Positions 23,599 to 37,202 are shown, numbered from the stretch's first letter. The stretch: DNA of 64,000 nucleotides from Podarcis muralis (GCF_964188315.1 NC_135656.1:85312001-85376000); one strand, 5' to 3'. Numbers and translations are program-made. The notes: generated by a model from the sequence alone, not told the origin.

Positions 23599-24294
23599 GC
23601 TAGAACATGGCCTGAATGCAGCCAATGGATTTTTCATGCAGGCATTAAGCCTGTATATCTCAGCTGCCAAGAATCACAGGTGGGGCGGGTGTTTTGTGCT
23701 CAAGTTCTGTCTTTGAGCTTCTTGTAGGCATCTGGCTGGCTACTGTGAGAACAGAATGCTGGGCCATATGGGCCATTGGCCTGATCCAGCAGGCTCTTCT
23801 TGTGTTCCTTTTCCTTGCCCCCTATCTCCTACATTAAAGTTCAGCCTTGTATACTGCACTGCAGCCATAGGCAGTAAGGAATTCTATGCAGGCAAGTGAG
23901 TGGGATGAGTGAGTGTGGATGTGCATCCAGCATGCAAGCCAAGTGAGAGGAGCAAATCCTGCCTCTCCGCACAGGAATGCAGCAGGCTGCTGCAGGAGGG
24001 ACAGAGTTCTCTGGTCCTTCGCTCCCAGCTCCCAGCAAGCGAGTAAATTTATTTTGCAAGCTAATAACTACAGTGGACTTGTGTATGAGGCCAATTGTGT
24101 TTGCTTCATTGACTTGTATGTGACAAGGGAAAGGGTTATACCAGAATAAAACATGGGGGGGGGGGATGGAGCTTTCCATCTTCGAAGTCACTCCTTTTAC
24201 TTGCATGCAGGGGTGGATGAATCTGTCAATTTCACTTTCTCTCCATTTCTCATTTCCCCAGCCTTAAATTCAGTTAGTGCCTTGTGAAAACCCC

Positions 24295-24390
24295 ATCTTA
24301 CCTGCTGAATCAGATCTTATTAGATGCGCCGGAAATCCGGAGAGAGATTGTGCTTAAGCGAGCTTCAATTCGGCGGGTAAGATCAGATTT
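24295..24390 (+). other. Stem-loop in CpG-rich non-repeat block
   Basis: atcttacctgctgaat (24295-24310) pairs fully with attcggcgggtaagat (24368-24383) using two G-U pairs. Confidence 0.6.
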
Positions 24391-25870
24391 TTGAGAAGCA
24401 CATAAACGAGAAAAAGCTCTCGGACCTAGGAGAATTAATCGGCGCACAATACGTTCAAAATACAGGTCAGGTGAAAGCCCTAGGAGTAAAGGGACCTATT
24501 TTTTTGTAAGTGGTGCCTACTAAATCCATAGGGCTAGTTTCCATGTTGAGATAATTAAGATTAGCATGATTTTCTTTCAGTTTTCTTGGGGGGGGGTGTG
24601 TGTGTGGAAACTGGGCAAATAGGATCTGAAGCATAGAGCAGTAGGCAGAGGCTGCCTGCCAAAGCAACAGAAGCCTTCAGACAGAATGTACAATCTCCTA
24701 GGCCAGGGCTTAAACGGAACAATCTCGTCAAAGTGAGAAATCAGTTTAAGCCTTGTATAGAATGGAGCTTTTGAGTGGAGGAACACTAATAAATCCAGCA
24801 GTGCCCCTGGCAATTCATAACTAACAGCTAACAAGTGCGTGTGGATGTGTGCGTGGTGCTCTTGAGAAATGAGAACATTTCCACTCTGGTGCTTCTCAAT
24901 TTTGAAGTGAGAAAGGGTTAGGCTTGAATTTCCATCCTTGCTGTTGATGGAAGAGATAACCAATAGCAGAGGGTTTGAAGACAGCTGTGACTGCAGCTCC
25001 ACCTCCTGCAATTTGCAGCCTTTCAGCAGCAACTCGGCTTGTCCTCCACTTTTTAATGTTCATCTCTCATTAATTAATGGGTGAGAAACTCCCTCCCTCC
25101 CCCAAGCACAGGGGTGCTTCAGAAAAGAAGACTTGATTTAGAAGAGTAAAGAAGTGCTGAAGAATGTTGACTTGGAAGTTTGTCTGAGGATGAGGATTCC
25201 TTGCATTACGTCACGTGCATCCTGCCCATTTTTGCAGTATGACTTCACCTCTGGATTCCGACTCTCAAGAGCCTATTCCTGTCACTAATTTCTTACCTGT
25301 GTTGGAGGAACTTTTGCATCTTTTGGCCTGGTGTGCATGTAATGAGAAATCATAGTTTCCCCACTACATGCCTGAGCTGACATGAGCCACAGACTGGGCA
25401 GCCTAAAACCCTGAAGAATTGCTTCCATTCATGGAAGCAACAAGGCATCTTGCTATGGCCGGGACTAGCTGGTGTGGTGGAGCCTTGCTGCAGAGTCACC
25501 CTGCAGTGCTTTTGCCTCTTACTAGGATGATGTGGGGGCAGGACAGGGTGACGACAGTTGGGGCTGTGTGGGTGTCCCGGTGGAAGGGCCAGATTGGCTC
25601 TGCCAGTGTGCTTGCAAAGCCCTGGCATCACCTCCTTACCCACCTTGGTAAGCAGCAGCAAGGCCTGTTTATGGAAGGTGGCTCCATGATACCTCCATCC
25701 CTGCCCCACTGAGCTGTCCACTCCTGCCAAAGTCTAGTTTATTAGTGAAAGTCAGCTGCCACCTGTATCATCAGTACCAGTAAATGGATATCAGTACCAG
25801 TACATGGATTCTGTATGGATACTTATCATGGTAGATTTGGTGGCTGACTTTCACTAATAAACAATTCTGA

Positions 25871-26096
25871 GGAAGTTGCCTTATACCCAGTCAGATCATT
25901 GGTTTCTCTCGAACAGTATTGTCTGCTCATGCTGATTGGCAGTGGGTATTCAGGGATTCAGACAGCTCTATCTGGAAATGCAAGATGATGATGATGATGA
26001 TAATGATGATAATAATGATAATACCGGGAAATGCCAGGGTTTTGACCTGGGATGCTCTGCATGCAAAGTATACAGCAGTCCACTGAGCTATAGCCC
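25871..26096 (-). mobile_element. Squam3-like SINE split by a (gat/aat)n microsatellite
   Basis: gttgccttatacccagtcagatcattgg ... (gat)n ... gccagggttttgacctggg...cactgagctatagccc. Confidence 0.65.
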
Positions 26097-28053
26097 TTAA
26101 TGTGAGTAGTTGGCTTGTGTTAACTATGCAACGTCAGGGCAATTAAAGCTGCAACCCTACACCCACTTACCTGTGAGTAACCCCCATTGAGCTCACTGGG
26201 ACTTACTTCTGAATAGGCATGCATTGGAATGTACTGTGACTCATGCAAAATCACTCTTTCTCTTTGGCAAAGGGGTAGAGGCCCACTTCCCAGTTTATCG
26301 GATGTTCCCAGCTCCAGTGTTCTTCTACTCTCATAAGTCAATCTCTTGCAGGACTGCAGCTTATAGTTCTATCCAAGTCCAGGCGTGGGCAAGCAAGAGG
26401 GAGAGAAAGAGATGCTGTAAAATCCTGCACCCACGATTCTACACACAGTGGGACCTGCTTCCAAGTAAACATGTACAGAATTGCAGTCTTCATGATTAAA
26501 TGCTGGGGTGTCACCTGAGTTGGCCAATTGCTGGTGCCAAAGCTGGATATGAGTTTTAGGCTGCATGGATGCCAGTATTCTCACGATGCCACCCACCCAC
26601 CCAAAAGCCTCTTCTACTGACTGAAAGTGAAGGCTGGGCAGGTTTTTAAGGCAAACGTTTATACAACTGAAATTGGAGAAAAATGAGGGCAGGATCAAGC
26701 TAAGTCACATTGACTTCAGTGGGAGAGAATGAAGCCCAGACCTGCCTCTGAGATCTGTGGGGCTTAATGGGCTTGATTTTCATGGAATTGCACTCTGATA
26801 ATAAATGTTGTAGGGTTTTATGTGGTCCCATCTCTGATAACATTCCTAGAGAGCTGGGAAGGACTCTCCACTGGTGTCTCACAAAGCCATTTTTATCATG
26901 TACTGTTTCCCCCACATTTATTTTCTTTTTTTTCTTTTATCGAAAGGAATGAAAATAGAACGTCTGGCCAAAAAAAAAAAAAAAAAAAAGCCATCTGGCT
27001 GTTGAATAGGGCCTGATTTTCAAATGAACTCAGCTACCATTATTTGGTCTAGATTTCAACGGAGCTGCTTGGTTCCTTTTCATTAAATGTCCCCAACTAT
27101 TTTTAAAATCTGGCGAACAGGCCAAAAATGAGAAACGAAAACCACGGAAAGCTCTCCACTTCTGCTATGACTCCCTCCGAAAAGGTGTTGGAGGGAAAAA
27201 CAGGAGGGGAACTCTTTAGAAAACCTAGATTTTGGCTCAGTCCTGCCATATACTGTGAGCCAAAAGGTTTTTTGGTTTTGTTTTTTTTTTGCTTCCAGTG
27301 CCCAGGACTGTTCCTGCTTAAGCTAGTTACAAGTGCATCTATAATTACACTGAAGGACTCCACTCAGGTGCTTGCATGGTGGTAGCACTTTATTACACGT
27401 CAAATCCCATGCTGTTTTACAACATAGTTTCTATGGTTACTCGTCGCCACCCTCTGTAACCCGCAGAGCCCACAAAGGGACGGGATTGCATTTCACAGAG
27501 GCAACTCAAACCGCCGTGTACGGAAACTGTTTTAGAAACCGACACGAGGCAAAGCGCTAACCCCGCTGTGCGGCCCTGCTTGCAAAGCAGCTGGCACCAT
27601 GGTGCCAGGAAAACACAGAAGGTCAGCCAGAGGGTGTGAGCGGCTGTTGGACCTTGGGATGCTCACCTGGAGCTTTTGACAAACCAGCCTCTCACCTTGT
27701 TTGTCAGGGAAAGCTAACACCTGCCAGCAAATGATGGGAGCTGAGGGAGCTGGGGAATTGGGTGGTTTCGTGCTTCTCTCACTTTCCTGAGCCAGCCCTT
27801 TTCAACCATAGCCCATTACCTCGTGAGGAGAGAGTGAGAGAAATGCAGGTGTGTGGTACGCTTTGTAACAAACTGGGAATCTGGCAGGTGTTCAGAAGGG
27901 GATAGTGCCGTAGTTCAGAGATAATGCATGCAGAACAGGGCTTTTTTTTCAGCCAGACGTCACCAGAAATCAGTTCCAGCACCTCTCAGGTGGGCGCCAT
28001 TGCCAATATAAGAGAACATAGTGAGTTCCGGCACCTCTTTTTCTAGGAAAATA

Positions 28054-28200
28054 GCACTGATGCAGAAGATCCCGGCTTCCACCCCTGGCATCTCCAGGTA
28101 AGGCTGCAAATGTCCCCTGCCTGAACCCATTGAAAACTGCTGCCTGTCCATGAGAGCAATACTGAGTTAAATGGACCAATGGTTTGATCTGGTCTAAGGT
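28054..28200 (+). mobile_element. Squam3-like SINE
   Basis: tgcagaagatcccggctt...ggcatctccaggtaaggctg...caatactgagttaaatggaccaatgg. Confidence 0.65.
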
Positions 28201-29459
28201 ACACAAATGTACCAACACAAAGTCAATGCTAGTCTTGCACTGGCATCTCTTGTGCAACGAATGCAGCATCTCTCCTGCCCTCCAAGATTCTCACTGCTGG
28301 GGGGCAAAAAGAAGAAGAAGCTTAAACCACTCTCTCTTTCTGTGGCCAAATTCACAATTGCCTCTTTCTACTCCCTCCCTCTTGGCATGTGCTTTCCTGG
28401 ACTGAAGATCAAAGGCCTCATGTAGCTGTGGCCTGCATCCCAAGCCAGCCTCTGTTTCCCAAGTAATGAGCATTGATTGTTAGTGCCTAAGCCACCAAAC
28501 AGTACAGTGTGGCTTGTGGCAACATTAAAAGAGGAAAAGAAAAGGTAGCATTAAATTTAGTCACCAAAAACACAGTAAAAAGTGATTATTAATACAGTGA
28601 ATCATCTGTGATGAACCTTTGCACAGAAATCTTGAGAACTTGATTGAAAAGAAAAAGCATTCACCACATGAAGATTATGCTAATTACTGTTGTCCCTTGG
28701 CTGAGTAAATGGGGATATAATTCCAGAGGAAGTCCAAATTTTCCCATGCATTTTCAGGATAAAACCCTACTTCAGAGGAGCAAGGGTGGCGAGAATAACT
28801 GCAGCAGAAAGCTTTGCAATCTAGTGGTTAGATTCGGACTAGGGGTAGATGAATCCATCAGTTTCAGTTTTTCATTTTCCAAATCATAAATACAGTTGTT
28901 GGCCATGTTTCCACATTCATTGGGATTGGAAAAAACCACAAATGTCATCATGAAAATTCAACAGCATTTTAGGCTATATATCTCCTAATATACTTATTTC
29001 TGCAAGCAATTGCTACTAATATGATGCATTTTGTGTGCTATTTTAACTAATATATGCCCTTTGTACACACTTTTGCCTATTCCCCATCTTTGTACCTATT
29101 TTCAGTTGGAGAACTACACCACAACATTCAGAGACTTGCAGGTTTTGAAGGAAATGGGAGTTGTGGGTTTGGGAAATGGGAACTGAACAAAACCTTTCCC
29201 CCATCCTTAACTAGAACTGGAGAGAGCCAAGTTCAAATTTTGTCATGGCCATGAGGCTCAGTGGGTGGCTTTGAGCTAGTCACTATCTTTCAGCCTAACC
29301 TACCTTGCAGGACTGTTGTAAGGATAAAAGGGGAAAGCGTGTATGCCACCTTGAACTCCTGTGGAAGAAAAGGAGGAATATAAATGTAATAAATTAGCAA
29401 AGGTGTCATCAGAAGAACTGTGTCTAGGCCTGGCCCAATAAACCCAGAACAAAGACTGT

Positions 29460-29590
29460 GTGCACATACATGACTTCCCCAAAGAATTCTGGGAACTGTA
29501 GCTTTTTAAGGGAACTGAGAACTGTAGCTTTTTGAAGGTGAAATTACGGTTCCATAGATTCTTTGGGGGAAACCATGTGCTTTAAATGTG
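29460..29590. mobile_element. Palindromic lizard MITE (ttcccccaaagaatcctggga...gaactgtagttt family); other copies at about 42085-42225 and 57100-57260
   Basis: Inverted ends acatgacttccccaaagaat / attctttgggggaaaccatgt recur in three places. Confidence 0.7.
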
Positions 29591-30703
29591 AGCTAAATGT
29601 GCTCTAGACGTATGATGTGGTTGTGCCCGTAGTGTATTTCAACTTAAATTATAGCAATTATTTGTACGTTTGCACCTGTACATATAAATTAGAGTATTAT
29701 TTCAAGATCAAAAGCTGGAAAGATTTGAACTTTGCATTTCAGTGTTGGCATCTCCACCCCCTACCCAAACATTTAAGTCACTCTGCTCATTTTATCAGTC
29801 AGATCTAGAAAATTGTGATTCCTGATTTGGCGTGTGTTTGTATGTGTGTGCCATGCATAACTCAGCCAAGTATTTTAACATAAGCTGATCTCTGGGGATA
29901 AATTGAATGAGCTATTGCTGGTTCTCAGCGCACTCACGGTTGCTGCTCCCAACTAAAGTTCACATGCAGGAACCATGAGTGCTCATTATCAATTACAGAG
30001 ATTGTTCCCATTGTGAAAATTCTCAGGCTGCAGGAGATCTAACATTCTTTGCACTTTGTTCTGCAGATCTATTGTGATGTGCCCTTTTCAAGCCGCAGCC
30101 AACTGCATCGAAATCTTGACTGACACATCTTATCTGATAGGGCTTGCTTTTCCACTAGCTGCTTTTTAGAGTGATAAATGTCAGAAGTTTTGGAGTTTCT
30201 TGTATCGGAGTGTTCCATCTGAGGCTTTGAGGCAGGCAATTATCCCCGGATCCACAGGACTTTGTGATGCATTCTGGGCCAAGGCTTGTTTTACAGAGCC
30301 TTCAAAGGTTCACACAACGGCAAGGATTGGGGGAAAGCCTGCTCTGGCTAGGGAATGGAATAACAACCAAGATTAAAATAAGGATTCCCCCATTTAAATT
30401 ATTAAGACTAGATGTGATTTGAACAGAGTCATCATTGAAGTCTGAACCAGAGATAGAGATGCTTAGCTATAGCTCTTCCTTTTGTGTCCTGGTCCAGCAA
30501 AAGAGACGCTTGAGTGACAGCTTTTCTTGTGTGCAGTTTTTCTTCCTGGAATAAAGCATGCTTGCACAGATGGAATGTTGATGAACATGGTGATGCAAAT
30601 CTGAAAGAAAACTGTCCAGTGTGATCTGGGATGCACATTCCCATCTGAATACCCTTCAACATTTCTCCAATAGTAATAGGGACTTTGAATGGTAATGAAT
30701 AAT

Positions 30704-30875
30704 GATGATGATGATGATGATACTCCACCCCTCTGACTGGGTTGCCCAAGCTGCTCTAGGCTGCTTCCAACATACATAAAAACATAAAGCATTACACATT
30801 AAAAAACTTTCCTATACAGGGCTGCCTTTAGGTGTCTTCCAAAGGTTGTGTAGTTACTTGGCTCCTTGGCTCTGG
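30704..30875 (-). mobile_element. L2 3' tail
   Basis: (gat)n, tgactgggttgcccaagc, acagggctgcctttaggtgtcttc. Confidence 0.7.
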
Positions 30876-33800
30876 AGTCGCATAATTCCATGCCCTCCAA
30901 CATTTCTCTGATGAAAATAGGGACAGCCTAAGGAAAAGCAGGATATTCCAAGATCAAATCAGAAACTAGAATGGCTTCTGTAAATCCGGGACTGACCCTG
31001 GAAAATAGGGACATTTGGAGGGTCTGCACCTGCTGTTTTTTGAGGGGTGGGACTGTGGACAGCACTAAAGCATATCATGTCCTGAGGGGGATTGGAGGCC
31101 ATTTTGAAACACAAATCCCCACAGCCACTGGCCAGAGAAGCAGCAGCCTCAGGGAGTTCACTTCCTTCTCCCTGCCAGAAACACTTGGTTCCAACAGCCA
31201 GGGAGGAGCCAACCTGTCATTTTTAGTTTCTCTCAATTTCTCATTTCCTCAGTCTTAAGTTCAGTTCTACATATTAAGTTCGGTTCTCCATGTTCTTTCC
31301 TCACAATGTGTTCTGGGTTTTCCCCAAAACCTCCAGAGCCAAATTGTGTTTGTATATGTTCAGGGGACATGCGGGGTAAGGAGAGGAGAGAAAGTCCCAT
31401 TGCACAGACAGAAGTCCTGGCACTAATGGGACTACTTCATTGGGTTCAACCCTAAGCGTCAGAACTGAGTAACTCTAACCTTGTTTAAAACCTGCATTCC
31501 AGACAACTGCTTCATTGAAGGGAAAGAGAATCAACTTTTAGATTCATAGAAAAATCCTTCGTTTTTGGTTGATGCCAAACTGTGATGCTCTCTTAAACTG
31601 AGATTTCAAACAAAAAATAAGAGAAATGACAAAAACACTAAGGTTACAATCCTACTTCTGAGCAGATGCATACAAAATTGTGCAGGAAATGGTCAAAAGA
31701 TGCTTGGGCACTATTGACTAACTTGTCTTCATTGCAGCTTACAGGTGGGGGACTCCTGTCCTTTGTCATCATGTTCCTATAGAGGAGCATTCTTGACAGC
31801 TGTGATTATCTCCACAGCTTTGTTAAAACTTCATGGCCATGTCAAGAAATTGACTGTCAACCTTATGCCTGCCTCCCAACTTCTCACTTGAATCACCGAG
31901 TGTCAAAATGGGGCAACACATTGTCAGTATAGTTCATAATATTCTGGAAAGGTATTTGACCTGATTGAAGGTTTCCTCCTCCCCATCTGCTGTCAAAGAA
32001 ACAGGGAGGAGGCGAATCCTTTTCTATTGACAAGAATCAAGACTCTGTCTTGGGTAACTAGGGCTCCATAAGCACGATGCTCTAATACCATGCATACTTT
32101 ATTGTTTGCATTAAGAGTGCATGCTTAGGTATACATAGCAGACTATAACTAGCCTCCCGGCATGCTTTATCTAAAGGATGCCTGTGCCTTGAAAGGGACT
32201 ATCCCTAACATAACTTGTGATTCTCAGCAGCTGTAATCAGAGGCATACTGCACCCAACAGTGGAGGTAGAAAATAGCCCGAAGTACTGGCTGCTGAGATG
32301 GGGTGGAGCTTTCTTCCCAACACTGATGTTTCTGCAGCTTACCTGGTCAGGACTGGAGCATAGCAGGTCAGGACTGCATGAATACACAGGTGCTTTAGCC
32401 GGTGTATCTGTGCAACTTGACAGTGCTCTGCCCCAGCCCTGTCTAGGTAAGCTGCAACAACGTCTGTGTTGGGAGGGCAGCTCCATGGCTGCATGCCACC
32501 ACTCCAGACAGTACTGGCCCCAATGACAATGCACCTGCAGCAGGGAAGCCTACATACCTAAGCATGTAAGTTTCCATGCACTCTGGAGCACAGATTGCAA
32601 GGGATCCCCGAACATGTAGAGGTCTACATGCATAGACCTCTGCAGTTCTGATGTCCACTCCTAATGCATGGAAATTGGGGCAGGGCAGGAGAAGCTCTGC
32701 AATGTGAAAGAGCTACTGCCCCTGTCAAAGTCATGGTGTTCATTCTCCTCACCTGCATAAGAAGTGGTGTATTCCATTCAAGTAGTTAGATAGTCAAGAG
32801 CAACATCACTGCAGGAACTAACCTCTGATTTTCCCTAATGCCATGTTTGGTTGTGTGGTGCGCCCTTACTGTAATTGTAAAGATGCTTGATTGAATTAAA
32901 CTCTCGTTCTGGAAGATGTTGCTGTGAGCTTTTTATGGGAAGGCATGCGATAATTTAAAGGGATTGTTGGATGATATATCTCCTCCAAAATCAACGAACA
33001 GTTTCTACACTTGTAGGGTTGCCAACTGGCCAAAAAAACAAAAAAACAAAACCTGGATGCTTTCTTTCTGTTTACCCATTTGCCAAAAAAGCAAGCTGCA
33101 AGGCTGTCTCCTTCTCTCCTCTCCCCTTCTCTGCTTCCCACCAGCCATTCTGAACCAACAAACTTTGCATCAGGCAGTGCTTACAGTCCTTGCAAAAACT
33201 GCTGCGTCTCGCCCTAGAGCCACTTACTAGGCTCTGCCCTTACACATTCAAAAACTGACGAGGTCTCCTCAAACTGTTAAATCCTGTTGAGCTTGGTTCT
33301 AAAGCACTCCTCTCCCCAAAAAGCATTTTTAAATTATCATCTCAAGAGTTGGGAACCCTATCTGCAGTTATCCCTTGCTCACATTCCCTCACAGTAAAAC
33401 AAATTCAATTTGTTTGTAGACTGTGGGCCTGCAGAGAGCCCAGCTGCCTGACTTTGAGGAACGAGTACACAGCTGATCGGGCCACGTTTCCTAGTTTGAA
33501 GTGGGTGGAAAAGAGGCTTCCTGAAGAAGCTGTTATTTACATCTGAAACCAACCAACAAACCAACAAACCTGTTAGAGCCAGTTGTAACTGATGATTTAA
33601 TGCTGGTCCAAGTGTTGTAGCACCTGCTTCGTTTTGTATATATTTGCAGTTTTGAAATGCCTGTGATTCGAAAGGAAAAAATGACATGTTTTGAAATAGT
33701 TTAATGAAAATTAAAGAAAGTGCTAGAAAGGGAGGAGGGAAGCACGACAACTTAAATAGCAAACCAGCATCCTGCTCTCACAGTGGGCAACTAGGTGTCC

Positions 33801-35722
33801 CAATGAGAAGACACAAAGCAGGACTTAAGTGCAGCCGTACTCTCTGCACTTGTGATTCTCAACAACTAGCATTCAGAGCCATACTGTCACTGACTGTGGG
33901 GTGAACACCATCACTTGAAAGACAAATTCAGAGGCGTCCAAGTTGGTGGCCATCATTACCTCTTGTGGGTGCGAATTCCATAGTTCAAACAGTAGCAGAT
34001 GGGAGGGTGAGGTGCTGCCTCTTGCCCAGCCTCTGGCTGGTTGCACTGCAGCTGCTTCCTGGGAGGCAGAGGGTGAACAGCAAGGCAGCAGGCAGGAGCA
34101 CTAGATTGGCTCTGCTGGTGTGCTTGCACTGCGCCACCCTTGCCGCTGCCTCACCTGTATAGCCCTCTATCCCACCAACCAGGTGAGCAGCAGCTCCATG
34201 ACAGGGGTTAATTATGTGTTGTGTGGAGAGTTCCTTTCTTTTGGCTGTCCTGAATCTGCATCTTCTGTGGTAGGCTTGGTGGAATTGGTGGGGTCAAAGG
34301 CAAGGTTAAGTCAGAAGTGGCAAAGAGGATGAGAGTTGACAGTAAGGCCCTTTGCACTATTTTAAACTGCAGTCAGGGGACAGTATTAAATGGTATGATT
34401 CTGATTTCTGAGCCAGAGGCAAAACCAGTTCTTGCAGCCATTCTGCTTTACAGAAACCACCCCCCTCTCATTTATCTGCCTTTGCATCACGACTTGGCCT
34501 GTGAAGGTGAAAAGTAGCAGCTGAAAAGACAAATCCACCTGCTGTCAGGCTTGTGGTGTTAAGGGCTCCATTAAACATTTTGCTAAATGTGTAGTATGAA
34601 GCCCCGGTCAAATTGGGGCAGGGGTGTCTTGCTCAAGATGAAACATGTGTCTGCCTGGCTCCTTTTTAGACCCCTCTCTTGGTAGCTGGGTCGTTGCCCC
34701 AGCTATAGGAAAATTCTGTTAAACACACTGCACATTCTGCAGCAGGTGTACAAAAAGGGTGGTGGAAATATGCTTGACTTCTGTCTGTTGCAGAATCTGT
34801 AGAGGCTCACCTATATAGGCTTCCTTCCTTCCTTTCTCTCTCTCTCTGATTATGCTTATGAATCAGAAGTTCAGGATCCCGGAAGTTTGTTTTTGCATTG
34901 GACCTTAGGGTTGTTTTGTCCTCTTCCTATTTGCTGCTGCCATTCTCATGAATCTATTTCTATTGTGAAATTAGAACAGTGATTCCATCCCCATTGATGT
35001 CCTCTAGTGATGTGTTTGCAGAGATACTGTTATCGTCTCTCTTTGCCATTTATTTTTTAAAAACACTTATGGTTGAATGGATCCACCGTTTAAAACTACA
35101 TTTTAGAACATCAGGTAGGCACCAGCTTTCCCTCTAAGATACCTGATCTTTATTTCTGTTGGTCAGGGAAGAAAAATCTATCAATGGTTACCAAACATGA
35201 TGATTATGTATCACCCTCAATATCAGAGATAGTGTGCCACCAAATGCCAGTTGCTAGGGAACACAAGCAGGAGAGGCTATTTCACTCATGTCCTGCTTGC
35301 AGCCTTCCCATAGGCTTCTATGAGAATAGAGACTTTTGTTTGATCCAGCCGAGATCTTGTTACGTTCTCAACATAATGACGTCTCTTGTCAGACTCAGAT
35401 ATTTCAGTCTGCAGGCTTGCAAGGTTCTTCTGCCTGAAGAACCTTGTGGATTCCAGAGGCTTGCTAATGAAGAAAACCTAGCACCTTACACATCAGGAGC
35501 AAATTTTCAAATGTCTGCCACATCCAAAAGCACCAGCTTTGCTGCCAGTTACAGTTTGTGAATACTGCAATGTACGTATATAAAAAAACAGTTCTCGGCA
35601 TTCTGTCCCAGTCTCCCAACATTCCACCACATCGCAACATGACCAAAGCCCTCAGCGATTGTAAGAAAGTGGAAGTGAATGTTCTCAACAGCTTCACTTC
35701 CTTGTTCCTGCACAGTTTAGAG

Positions 35723-36330
35723 CATGGGTAGGCAAACTAAGGCCCGGGGCCCAGATCTGGTCCAATCGCCTTCTAAATCCGGCCCGCAGACGGTCCAGGA
35801 ATCAGTGTGTTTTTACATGAGTAGAATGTGTGCTTTTATTTAAAGTGCATCTCTGGGTTATTTAGGGACACGGGTGGTGCTGTGGGTTAAACCACAGAGC
35901 CTAGGACTTGCCGATCAGAAGGTTGGCGGTTCGAATCCCTGTGATGGGGTGAGCTCCCATTGCTTGGTCCCTGCTCCTGCCAACCTAGCAGTTTGAAAGC
36001 ACGTCAAAGTGCAAGTAGATAAATAGGTACCACTCCGGCGGGACGGTAAATGGCGTTTCCGTGCGCTGCTCTGGTTTGGCAGAAGCGGCTTACTCATGCT
36101 GGCCACATGACCTGGAAGCTGTATGCCGGCTCCCTCAGCCAATAAAGCGAGATGAGCGCCGCAACCCCAGTCGGCCACGACTGGACCTAATGATCAGGGG
36201 TCCCTTTACCTTTACCTTGTTATATGTGGGGAATAGGAATTTGTTCACCCCCCCCCATATAGTCCAGCCCCCCACAAGGTCTGAGGGACAGTGGACCGGC
36301 CCCCCTGCTAAAAAAGTTTGCTGACCCCTG
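35723..36330. mobile_element. hAT MITE interrupted by a Sauria SINE
   Basis: Ends catgggtaggcaaac / gtttgctgacccctg; perfect 8-bp TSD GTTTAGAG at 35715-35722 and 36331-36338. Confidence 0.85.
35865..36218 (+). mobile_element. Sauria SINE, full length
   Basis: gggacacgggtggtgctgtgggttaaacc head, B-box ggttcgaatcc, (ccttta)n tail. Confidence 0.92.
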
Positions 36331-36874
36331 GTTTAGAGGAAGCTTTGCAGAGGAAGTCTTCACAAGTACAGCAGTGTGTGTTTGAACTTCCCCATAAAAC
36401 CTTCCACCAATCCTGCAGGCTTCAGCGTAGCAAGGCCTGTGGGAGTGGTCACATGGAAAATGGGTTCGCACCTTCCTCATGCATGTGGTGGATGTGTGGA
36501 TAAAACTTCTGAAGAAGGCTCAAGAAGCAATTTGAGGATGGTGCAAGGAGCTGTATCGGCACCCGCCCCAATGGGGGAAAAAATCACTTTGCCGCAATAG
36601 CCACATAAGAAATTACTACAATTTTACGTGATCCAAGTACTCAAAGTTTCTGGATTAAGGGTGAGATGAGGAGAGGGGGGCGGGGATTGCACACCTTTGT
36701 GCCACAGTGAAAGGACAGGAACCTTCTCTTGAATTTGATTGTGACAGCGGTGATGCATTGCCACAAACATAAACACCATAGGCTCCACAGTCTGATAGCT
36801 GACTTTTGTGCCCCCCCCCAGGCCTGAACCGCTGGTGGGAGCTAGTTTTGCAGACCCCTAGGTACGCCTCCATG

Positions 36875-37202
36875 GACAGTCCCATGGACTGCAAGAAGAT
36901 CAAACCTATCCATTCTTAAGGAAATCAGCCCTGAGTGCTCACTGGAAGGACAGATCGTGAAGCTGAGGCTCCAATACTTTGGCCACCTCATGAGAAGAAA
37001 AGACTCCCTGGAAAAGACCCTGATGTTGGGAAAGATTGAGGGCACAAGGAGAAGGGGACGACTGAGGATGAGATGGTTGGACAGTGTTGTCGAAGCTACC
37101 AGCATGAGTTTGACCAAACTGTGGGAGGCAGTGGAAGACAGGAGTGCCTGGCGTGCTCTGGTCCATGGGGTCACAAAGACTCGGACACGACTAAACAACA
37201 AC
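36875..37202 (+). mobile_element. BovB (RTE) LINE, 5'-truncated 3' end
   Basis: ORF KLRLQYFGHLMRRKDSLEKTLMLGKIEGTRRRGR...RWLD is the BovB RT C-terminus; (caa)n tail; TSD aggta(c/t)gcctccatg at 36860-36874 and 37203-37217. Confidence 0.92.

Noticed and set aside
30069-30125. Acceptor followed by IYCDVPFSSRSQLHRNLD, resembling a zinc finger
   Set aside because: It has only one Cys, lacks the second His, and has an in-frame stop before any donor.
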